Virus record (IMG/VR): IMGVR_UViG_3300044986_000368
Origin: an uncultured virus (IMG/VR IMGVR_UViG_3300044986_000368)
Taxonomy: Duplodnaviria > Heunggongvirae > Uroviricota > Caudoviricetes
Length of the DNA: 20,000 bases
Reading direction: 5' to 3' (one strand)
The translations under genes were made by a program, and so were the position numbers. The notes beneath the pieces are model-generated. The model was not told where the DNA came from. It made no database searches and was given only the letters and a program-made list of their open reading frames with translations. Below are positions 1 through 7,018 of the stretch, one piece after another (positions within the stretch are counted from its first letter, which is position 1; every line of letters starts with the position of its first letter).

Positions 1-502
1 TCTTAGGCGAGTATGCGGCGTAATTCGGCGGGTAAATACCCGTGCCAACCATGTGAGGCTCGCCAAGAATGGGAACTCGACCTTGCGGAGTATCCTGAAA
101 ACCGCGTGTAGGAACAATGCAACCCATGTAGGGTTTGTTCGCAGAAACGTATTCGTCGTGCAGGCGGTCAAGCCAGCCTGAGCACAGCGGCGCGTTATCA
201 ATCTCAAAGAAATAGAACGCTTCCCGAATGTTGAGGGCGTGAATGGCCTGAGCAGCTAGCTTAAAGTGCTTGTTGGAAGCAAGGGGCCAGCCAGTGATGC
301 CGTTCAGGTTGACGCGAAGAAGCTCCGCTCGGCTGAACAGCGGAGACAGCTTTTCCAGCGCCTCCTTGGCAGGTTGTTCCACGGTAACATCTGGCACAAT
401 AGCCAAAACGTGACGCGGGTAAGGCCCGAACTTCTTGATTAGGTCAACTCGCTTGGCGAGCAAATGAACATCAGACTGCGATACAGGAATTGCTAAGAGC
501 AT
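1..502 (-). CDS. GT-A-fold glycosyltransferase-like protein, 3'-partial (runs off the window)
   Basis: Not in the ORF track. Manual translation from ATG at 502 is open to base 1: MLLAIPVSQSD...GITGWPLASNKHF...AFYFFEIDNAPLCSGWLDRL...HMVGTGIYP. The hydrophobic strand + ExD motif resembles the GT-A metal-binding site. Confidence 0.6.
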   Translation of the reverse strand, partial: MLLAIPVSQSDVHLLAKRVDLIKKFGPYPRHVLAIVPDVTVEQPAKEALEKLSPLFSRAELLRVNLNGITGWPLASNKHFKLAAQAIHALNIREAFYFFEIDNAPLCSGWLDRLHDEYVSANKPYMGCIVPTRGFQDTPQGRVPILGEPHMVGTGIYPPNYAAYSPK

Positions 503-557
503 GGTAGTGCTCTCGTAGCATGTTCCGTAAGGTTGGCAACCGGAATTTTATGCTAAA

Positions 558-2978
558 TCACAGAATTGCGTGCTGGTTATATCCAGCATTTCGCAAAGCT
601 CTGCGTGCCACGTCTAGCTGTGGAAGCCTGACTTTCTTTTCAAACCACTTGGGATTGAGGGCAACCGTGAACTCGACAATGGCTTTTGATGCCGTCTCGT
701 CATCCCATCCAGTGAGCTTCTTGACCTTCTTGACGGCAAACTCAAAGTAGCCCTCGTTCACCATGACGTTGCCACATTGATAATGCCATCCGATGATGCC
801 ATTGCCGCAAATGGGAACTTCGTTAACCAGATAGTTTCGCCAAGTTTTTACCTGAGAATCAATGTGATACACGGTGTCGTCGCTCAGGCACGGAAGATTC
901 ACCGAGCCATCAAAAACATACTGGGCGTTGTGTGCATTTGGATAAACGCAGTCCGAAATGACAAGGCTTGCCTCTTGAATGCGGGGATGTTTCATCGCTT
1001 CCGCAATCGTCATGCAGGAGGATTGATTGCCGATGAACAGCTTGCTGCCAGCGATCAATTCTGCGACCTCTAGCATGTTGGCTGTGTGCTTGTATTCCAC
1101 AGCGCCAAACGCATCACAGAAAGCTCGGTGCTCATGGTCTAGGCCAAGGAACAACAGCTTCTCTCCATAAAACTCGACAACCTTGCGCCAAGGGAAGTGA
1201 GGGTTCCCGTATCGCGGAGAACGATTGATGACAACCCGCCCTCGCGTCAGCTTGCTAGGCTCAATATTGAACAGCCAGCGTTCAGAGAGATTTGGCATGG
1301 TCGAAATGAACCCATGATCCAAGGCGTGCTTGGCATGATTGTGAGCCAAGGACATGTCGTGCTGAACCCATCCTGAGCGGAAGCCTTCGCTTTGCCAGTC
1401 AACAGGCTCGCCCTCGTAAATCTTGACATCCTTGATGTATGACTGCGCCATCAAAATTGGCTTGATGATGTCAATCTTGCTGGTGATGCCTTTGGTTTGC
1501 CCGTTGTCGCGCAACAGATACACGGCCTCACATCCAAGGTGGTGCAGTGTAGCCAAGGACACGATAATGTCGCCCAAATCGCCAGAAGAGGTGACATGCT
1601 TGACGCCTGAATACGTCTTTGCGGAGCGAACAATGTGATGCCCAAGCTGAACGTATGACCCAGAGTAGGGAGTGTTGATCGCATTCCACGCCACCGTTTC
1701 ATCAAACACGTCCTTGTGGCAATGAACGCCGTCAACGCCAATGTGGCGGGAACGAGAGGCAGTAGGCACAATGCAATGCAGCCCATTGCGAGGAATGACG
1801 CGAAGCTGAATGTTCCAATCCCAGCCAGAAGGTGTTTTGTCGGCATTGCCACTGGAATAGTCGAAGTCCCAAGTGTCACGCACATAATCCTTCCAGATGT
1901 GTCGTGGCATCATCCAAATGTTGCCCGTGAACTCCGTGCTACGGTGCCATGTCTCAGGATTGTGGTCTGCATTCTTTCCAACCCACTTGGCGCAAACAGC
2001 CATAGTTTTGTTGTCCATGTGAGTCGTCATGGACAGCAGGAATCTCAGCGTGTCAGGAGCAACCACAAAATCGTCCTCGCCAAGAATAACGCGGCTTGCC
2101 ATTTGCTCGCTGAAGCAATTTTCAAACAGGTGCCACGGATTCTTTAGCACGCCCAAGACCTCCTTGTTCTTGTGAACGATCACAGGAACCGGGCATTTGA
2201 GCGCGAAATCATCAATGATGGCAAGGATCAAATCACGTTGATTCGTCGGCTCCACAAAGAACTGAACGCTTTTCACCAGCGACAAATCGTTTTTCAGCCA
2301 GCTTTCCAAAGACTCTTGCAGATACATCGGCCTGCCAGCGCAGGTAAACGCCAAGATTGCATGTTCCGGCCCCATCAGTGAGTCAAAAACCATTCGGCCA
2401 TGCTCATAACGCGCAGGCGAATTGCTATTGCGAGCGACCTCATCTTCGGTGCCGTAGTTTTGACTTGGGTTTTTGTGGATGAACTGGATGTCAGTCGCGT
2501 CAGCAATGTTGGCATGTCGGATAGCTTGTTGGGTAAAGAAGTTGTCGCAGTAAACGGATTTAAATAGGGGGTGATAGAGGTAGCCAACCGTCTCATACCA
2601 ATCGCGGGAAACGATGGCATGGCAGATCAAGTCGTCTTTGCGGTGCAAGTCGCCAATGCGCAAAACGTCGTTGTCGCCAAGACGGGCCTCCACAATCTCA
2701 TCCCAATTTTGAACTGGCTCCCAATCGTCGTCTAGGCCGATGAGAATATCTCCCTTGCAGCCAGCAGAGGCGGCATTCCACGCAGCAACACATGAGTTCT
2801 CCCTGCCTATGAACGTGGGGCAGTTGAAGTCCTCAAACAAAGCCTCGTCACCAAGATCAATGCCAAGAACAATCTCGACACGCTCAGGGTTTTTTGCCAT
2901 ACTGAGCCACAATTCGTGACACTTTTTGGCTACATGAGGACGTTTTGTTGCGTGGCAGAGAGAGATTATTTTCATCAA
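558..2978 (-). CDS. Three-domain glycosyltransferase (GT2-like + GT13/GnT-I-like + GT9-like)
   Basis: Domain 1: AAWNAA...ILIGLDDDW...YCDN. Domain 2: RPMYL...VILGEDDF...GWDW...CIVPTASRSRHIG. Domain 3: SSGDLGDII...SKLFIGNQSS. Confidence 0.8.
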   Translation of the reverse strand: MMKIISLCHATKRPHVAKKCHELWLSMAKNPERVEIVLGIDLGDEALFEDFNCPTFIGRENSCVAAWNAASAGCKGDILIGLDDDWEPVQNWDEIVEARLGDNDVLRIGDLHRKDDLICHAIVSRDWYETVGYLYHPLFKSVYCDNFFTQQAIRHANIADATDIQFIHKNPSQNYGTEDEVARNSNSPARYEHGRMVFDSLMGPEHAILAFTCAGRPMYLQESLESWLKNDLSLVKSVQFFVEPTNQRDLILAIIDDFALKCPVPVIVHKNKEVLGVLKNPWHLFENCFSEQMASRVILGEDDFVVAPDTLRFLLSMTTHMDNKTMAVCAKWVGKNADHNPETWHRSTEFTGNIWMMPRHIWKDYVRDTWDFDYSSGNADKTPSGWDWNIQLRVIPRNGLHCIVPTASRSRHIGVDGVHCHKDVFDETVAWNAINTPYSGSYVQLGHHIVRSAKTYSGVKHVTSSGDLGDIIVSLATLHHLGCEAVYLLRDNGQTKGITSKIDIIKPILMAQSYIKDVKIYEGEPVDWQSEGFRSGWVQHDMSLAHNHAKHALDHGFISTMPNLSERWLFNIEPSKLTRGRVVINRSPRYGNPHFPWRKVVEFYGEKLLFLGLDHEHRAFCDAFGAVEYKHTANMLEVAELIAGSKLFIGNQSSCMTIAEAMKHPRIQEASLVISDCVYPNAHNAQYVFDGSVNLPCLSDDTVYHIDSQVKTWRNYLVNEVPICGNGIIGWHYQCGNVMVNEGYFEFAVKKVKKLTGWDDETASKAIVEFTVALNPKWFEKKVRLPQLDVARRALRNAGYNQHAIL

Positions 2979-3271
2979 GATTGGTTTTTAGACACCCATT
3001 CCGCGATTTGAGTAATGACACTATCGCTTGTGGAGGCGCAAGAGTCGCCGTTCTCGATAAACGAGAGAAATGCGCTGTTGATGCCAATTTGAAAAGCAAG
3101 CTCACGCTGTTTCATTCGCTTCTCCACGCGAAACTTTTTGAGTTCCATGCCAATGCGATTGACATAGCCAGACCTCGCAGTTTTGTATTTCTCTGTGATT
3201 TGAGAGACGTTCTTGTGGAACTCATTCGTGAGTTTTTGCAGGCGTTGCAGTTCTTGTTGTAGTTTTGTCAT
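2975..3271 (-). CDS. XRE/Cro-C1-type helix-turn-helix protein (98 aa)
   Basis: IGMELKKFRVEKRMKQRELAFQIGINSAFLSFIENG is a typical HTH_3 pattern. Start moved to ATG 3271 because the longer track ORF runs through the tRNA. Confidence 0.8.
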   Translation of the reverse strand: MTKLQQELQRLQKLTNEFHKNVSQITEKYKTARSGYVNRIGMELKKFRVEKRMKQRELAFQIGINSAFLSFIENGDSCASTSDSVITQIAEWVSKNQS

Positions 3272-3287
3272 AAGAGTTAAGGGAAAG

Positions 3288-3363
3288 TGGCAACCGGCTA
3301 AGGAATCGAACCTTACCAATCGGATTTGGAGTCCAACTCGCCAACCTTGGAACATGGCCGGTT
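3288..3363 (-). tRNA. trnW: tRNA-Trp(CCA), 76 nt, encoded CCA end
   Basis: Acceptor AACCGGC/GCCGGTT, discriminator G, then CCA. Anticodon arm TTGGA-CTCCAAA-TCCGA. T arm TAAGG-TTCGATT-CCTTA. D arm is weak and atypical. Confidence 0.88.
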
Positions 3364-3367
3364 AAAA

Positions 3368-3468
3368 TTGCCTTTTTATCTTCCTCCCCGGCTATGTTTC
3401 CGCTACACTACAAGAAGGCTAACTTGGGGTGGCTCGAACACCCGACTCCGGCATGATTTGTTCAGCAA
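3368..3468 (-). ncRNA. Circularly permuted tRNA mimic, YrlA/Y-RNA-like
   Basis: Minus-strand order: T arm GGGTG-TTCGAGC-CACCC; loop-closed acceptor-like stem CAAG-TTAGCCTT-CTTG; TA; D arm GTGT-AGCGGAA-ACAT. Closed by CCGG/CCGG, with a possible outer TTGCT/GGCAA stem. Confidence 0.65.
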
Positions 3469-3704
3469 GCCCAACGCTTGCGAGCAGCTTTACCGCGTTC
3501 GCCAGTCCATCCTTGTGAACGTGCGCAGAACGACTTTTTGCGTGCTGCGTCAGCTTCAGTCTTGGGATGCGGCGCTGGTGCTTTGAGATTGCTACCCGTG
3601 GCAGCGTTGTATTTTGCACGGCCCTTGGCGGTCAAACCCGCCCCCTTAGAGACAGGAAGTTTTTCGCCTCGGCCTACCGATAGTGATGGTGATTTCTTTG
3701 CCAT
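3462..3704 (-). CDS. Small basic phage protein (DUF6321-like, 80 aa)
   Basis: GLTAKGRAKYNAATGSNLKAP...RKKSFCARS...ARKRWAC resembles a recurrent phage family. Start at ATG 3704, just after a promoter. Confidence 0.7.
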   Translation of the reverse strand: MAKKSPSLSVGRGEKLPVSKGAGLTAKGRAKYNAATGSNLKAPAPHPKTEADAARKKSFCARSQGWTGERGKAARKRWAC

Positions 3705-3709
3705 GAGAA

Positions 3710-3738
3710 ACCTTACGGCATTAGAATGAACCCGGCAA
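3710..3738 (-). promoter_or_regulatory. Sigma70-type promoter TTGCCG-17-TAAGGT, 5 nt before ATG 3704
   Basis: One of four copies of this motif with a 17-nt spacer. Confidence 0.6.
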
Positions 3739-3745
3739 GCGAAAA

Positions 3746-4150
3746 TCAACCGAGACGCTGCTTCAACTGGTACTGCCTAGCCTCGCTGGCATTGCAAAGC
3801 CCTTGCAGCAAGTCTTGTGTGCCGTTGGACGCTTTTGCCATCGCCTTGTCAATCAGGCCACAGAGGTCTTTCTCACCTTTGAGAATGATACGGAAGAAGG
3901 TTTCTGCTTTTGTTTCATCAGGGGCTACTGCTGACATATCTGCCGCCACACGGTTAATTTTGGTGATGGAGAGCTTTTCGCTGCCGAGTCCGATAACGCG
4001 CTCAACAAGGGAGTCGTAAGCTGCTTCATAGGCCGGATAAAGCTCGCCAAGGAACTCGTGATCCTCGAAGAAATTCGGGCCTTTGACCATGTTGTGAGCA
4101 CGATGGGCGAGAAACTGAAGGGCGCGATACTGAGTGATGAGGGAGTCCAT
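3746..4150 (-). CDS. dps: Dps/ferritin-like protein
   Basis: AHRAHNMVKGPNFFEDHEFL...YDSLVER matches the Dps H-x11-H...D-x3-E ferroxidase pattern; the usual HW is HN here. Confidence 0.75.
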   Translation of the reverse strand: MDSLITQYRALQFLAHRAHNMVKGPNFFEDHEFLGELYPAYEAAYDSLVERVIGLGSEKLSITKINRVAADMSAVAPDETKAETFFRIILKGEKDLCGLIDKAMAKASNGTQDLLQGLCNASEARQYQLKQRLG

Positions 4151-4201
4151 AGAGGTAGCGTGCTTGACTTGCTAGAAATTACAAGTGGAAATCTGCGCTC
4201 A

Positions 4202-4259
4202 GATGTAGTAAAAGTTGAGGCCCGCAAGGAGAACAGCCCTGCGAGCCTCTAACGACATC
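4202..4259 (+). other. Imperfect long hairpin just upstream of the HNH gene
   Basis: Nested pairs GATGT/ACATC, GTT/AAC, GAGGC/GCCTC, CGCA/TGCG, GG/CC. Confidence 0.5.
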
Positions 4260-4264
4260 CATCA

Positions 4265-5098
4265 ATGAACGAAATGAACGCCGCTGAATCAAATCAAACA
4301 CACGACACCGAAACCCGCAAGAGGAAACGCGGAGAGATACGGGAGGATGGGATGGTGTTTTGGGGGTATAAAAGAGGCAAGGAAAAGTGGGTGACGCCGG
4401 AAAGGCTAGCCGAAGTCAGAAAGAACTGCGCAGCCAAAACCAAGGCAAGGAGAATGGCTGATCCCGAAAAAGCTAGGCAGCAATCGCGGGAAAGCCATGC
4501 ACGGAACCATGAGAAAGAGCGCGAGCATTATCGCCAAAATAGGGATCGTATTCTGAAGAAGAACAAGGAGTGGTCTATGGCTAACAGGGAAAAGCACCGC
4601 GCCTTGATTGATCGGTGGAATGAGGAAAATCCCGAAAAACTGCTAGAATATAGCAGGAAGCACAAAGCATCCGACAAGGGTAAGGAATACATGCGCGAAT
4701 ATGTGAAGCGCAGACGCCGTGAAAACCCACAAGTTCTTATGGCAGAGCGGATTCGCGCTCGTCTAAGGGTGGCGCTGTCCGAAAGAGGATATGGTAAGGA
4801 CTCTCTAACAATGGACGTTTTGGGGTGCTCTTGGGGCGAATTTGTTGCACATATTGAATCTCAATTCACTGGAGGACTCTCATGGGAGAATAAAGACGAA
4901 TGGCACATTGACCATCACATCCCAATAGATGCAGCAAGAGATGTTCAGGAGGTTAAGATGTTGAACTATTACACCAACCTGAAGCCAATGTGGGGAAGTG
5001 AGAATTTAAAGAAAAGTGATAATTTGCCAGAAAATTTCCTTGCGCTTTGGAACAACTTGTGCAAAGTCACTGGCAACGAGTGTAAAATCCGTATGTAA
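4265..5098 (+). CDS. HNH (homing) endonuclease
   Basis: Long Arg/Lys/Glu-rich helical N-terminus, then LSWENKDEWHIDHHIP...YYTNLKPMWGSENLKKSD. Confidence 0.8.
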   Translation: MNEMNAAESNQTHDTETRKRKRGEIREDGMVFWGYKRGKEKWVTPERLAEVRKNCAAKTKARRMADPEKARQQSRESHARNHEKEREHYRQNRDRILKKNKEWSMANREKHRALIDRWNEENPEKLLEYSRKHKASDKGKEYMREYVKRRRRENPQVLMAERIRARLRVALSERGYGKDSLTMDVLGCSWGEFVAHIESQFTGGLSWENKDEWHIDHHIPIDAARDVQEVKMLNYYTNLKPMWGSENLKKSDNLPENFLALWNNLCKVTGNECKIRM

Positions 5099-5111
5099 CA
5101 CGGCTTCGGAA

Positions 5112-5226
5112 TGCTCACCGGACGGAACGTGCGATAAGAGCAAAACATCCTAATCTTTCGCTCGGGATTAGAACATGACCTGTTTTTCCTCATGCCACTG
5201 TGGCGTGCTGGAACCAAAACTGGTCA
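5112..5226 (+). ncRNA. Structured 5' leader of the capsid gene (putative)
   Basis: Stems TGCTC/GAGCA and CTAATC/GATTAG, then a long hairpin TGACC-GTTTT-TCC-CATGCCA / TGGCGTG-GGA-AAAAC-GGTCA. Confidence 0.45.
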
Positions 5227-5271
5227 AATAAAGTTCTACTCAATCTTCTTCCGCCCTTAGGGCAAACCACT

Positions 5272-6450
5272 ATGGCCGCGTGTGATAATATCAACAACTT
5301 CTTCGTAAGCGAAGCTAACCGCATCAGTAATGATCCTTCCTACCGTAACTGGGTAACCACTCCCTGGGACGACAATACTATTGTTCCTAAGACTCGTTGG
5401 CCTGATGGAATGGGCGCAACGCCTAATTTTTTGGTTTTTGAACGTAGCACCCCGCTCAACAACGCAATCACCTTTGATACTGTCGGCTTCAACGATGGCG
5501 GTGAAGGCGATGCTGGTGGTTCCTGCACTCCTACGACTGTCACGGTCTATCAGGCTTACACCCGCCGCACGATGGCTCTCAAGCTGGCTGCGGTTCAGTC
5601 CGAGAAAATCTGCATGGAAGACGGTCGCATGGCCTACGAAATCGTTCAGCAGGGTTCGCACATTCTGCGTAACCTCCAGAACAACTCACGCTACGCTTGG
5701 GCCAATCAGCGCCGTGACGAGTTCACCAGCGTTTGCTCCAACAAGGCTGTGCTTGACTCGTCCATGACGACCTCTAGCTCCAGCTTCGGCACCGGCACCA
5801 TCGGCACCATCAACCGTGAAGTCCTTGACTACTGGTATGATCGCCTTGTGGCTGACGGCGCTCATCAGGGCAACGGTCTTGGCACCAACCAGTATGGGCA
5901 GCCGGTTCTGCCGCTGATCCTCAGCCGTGAAGCTCAGGCCACTCTTGTGAACAACGAGACGAGCCTGAACAACATCCGCTGGTCGAATAGCAGCGACAAG
6001 CTCCTTGGGCCTCGCGGTTCCTTCGTGAACCTTGAGGGCTTCAAGCACATGATCGACATTCAGGCTCCTCGCTGGAACCTTGTTGGCGGTGCTTGGGTGC
6101 GTGTTCCCTTCTTCCTTCCGGCCTCCTCGGCTGGTGAAGCTGCGGAAGTCAATCCTGACTACTACACCGCTGGTTACGAAGACCTCTACATCGCCTCTAA
6201 TCAGGTGGTCAAGTTCGCCATTCCGGGTTCTGCCCTTCAGGCTGGCGACCTCAAGTTCGCTCCGCAGGATTACCTCGGTAACTTCCGCTGGATCAACAAG
6301 TATGACCTTGAGTGCAACCCTGACGAGAACATCGGCTACTTCCGTGGCAAGCTCGGCTACGGTGCGCAGCCGGGTATCCCTGAATACGGTGCGGTTATTC
6401 GCTTCAAACGTTGCCCGCTTAGCTGGACGGTGAACACCGCCTGCTCCTAA
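5272..6450 (+). CDS. Probable major capsid protein (392 aa)
   Basis: Size, strongly biased codon usage (AAC, TTC, GCT, CGC), structured leader, strong downstream hairpin and position ahead of fibre genes. Start MAACDN at 5272 preferred. Confidence 0.7.
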   Translation: MAACDNINNFFVSEANRISNDPSYRNWVTTPWDDNTIVPKTRWPDGMGATPNFLVFERSTPLNNAITFDTVGFNDGGEGDAGGSCTPTTVTVYQAYTRRTMALKLAAVQSEKICMEDGRMAYEIVQQGSHILRNLQNNSRYAWANQRRDEFTSVCSNKAVLDSSMTTSSSSFGTGTIGTINREVLDYWYDRLVADGAHQGNGLGTNQYGQPVLPLILSREAQATLVNNETSLNNIRWSNSSDKLLGPRGSFVNLEGFKHMIDIQAPRWNLVGGAWVRVPFFLPASSAGEAAEVNPDYYTAGYEDLYIASNQVVKFAIPGSALQAGDLKFAPQDYLGNFRWINKYDLECNPDENIGYFRGKLGYGAQPGIPEYGAVIRFKRCPLSWTVNTACS

Positions 6451-6474
6451 TCCCGAACGGTCTAACCTCTAACC

Positions 6475-6512
6475 GGGCGGGGTCGGCATCAACTGCTGGC
6501 CCCGCCCTTCTT
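6475..6512 (+). terminator. Probable intrinsic terminator after the capsid gene
   Basis: GGGCGGGGTCGGCA-TCAAC-TGCTGGCCCCGCCC followed by TTCTT; the weak U tract may make it leaky. Confidence 0.7.
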
Positions 6513-6522
6513 ACTTACCACT

Positions 6523-6807
6523 ATGCCAAGTTTCAAAACCCCTGAAGGCTGGGAAATGCCTACTGATGCAACGCCGGGACAACCTTTTCAGGCTGTCGGA
6601 ACATTCGTGGCTGACGAAGCCGGAAACCTCACGTTGATGGAAATCGACGGTTCGCCCATTGAAGGGTATGAAGAACCTGAGATGGAAGGCGAGGAAACCG
6701 AAATCGAAATCGAGGTTGGCGGCAAAAAGAAGCCTGCCAAGAACGAGGAAGGTATGACCGGCCCCGAAGAAATGATGATGCGTGCTCAAAAAGCCGGTCT
6801 ATTCTAA
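6523..6807 (+). CDS. Acidic hypothetical protein (94 aa)
   Basis: Glu-rich ORF packed into the operon between the terminator and the next gene. Confidence 0.65.
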   Translation: MPSFKTPEGWEMPTDATPGQPFQAVGTFVADEAGNLTLMEIDGSPIEGYEEPEMEGEETEIEIEVGGKKKPAKNEEGMTGPEEMMMRAQKAGLF

Positions 6808-6810
6808 GCC

Positions 6811-7014
6811 ATGCCCGGTCAACTACAGACACTAAACGTTCCGCCACCTGTTAGCATCCAGACTCTCTGGAACGCAATTCGGGTGGCGTTCGTCAACCGT
6901 AATCATCCCGGCGCAATTTCCTATAATCCGTTGACAGTTCCACCGCCCAATGTCAGCGTTCAAACATTGATTTACGCTGCCTTAAAAGCAGCACAGGGCG
7001 AGCTACAATCCTAA
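6811..7014 (+). CDS. Small virion/decoration-like protein with two LxVPPP(N)VSxQTL repeats
   Basis: Internal duplication of a motif that also begins the next gene. Confidence 0.65.
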   Translation: MPGQLQTLNVPPPVSIQTLWNAIRVAFVNRNHPGAISYNPLTVPPPNVSVQTLIYAALKAAQGELQS

Positions 7015-7018
7015 CGCC

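Noticed and set aside
3272..3355. N-terminal extension of the XRE ORF in the track
   Set aside because: It reads through the tRNA-Trp gene.
3368..3468. Two-piece (permuted) tmRNA or a processable permuted tRNA gene
   Set aside because: No Ala acceptor, G3-U70 pair, CCA or tag ORF; a paired D stem is present; only 4 acceptor base pairs and no reconstructable anticodon loop.
4200..5271. Group I intron housing the HNH gene
   Set aside because: No interrupted gene on either side, and I could not identify P7/core sequences.
5200..5271. Upstream GTG start for the capsid ORF
   Set aside because: Lies inside a hairpin; the biased codon usage begins at ATG 5272.
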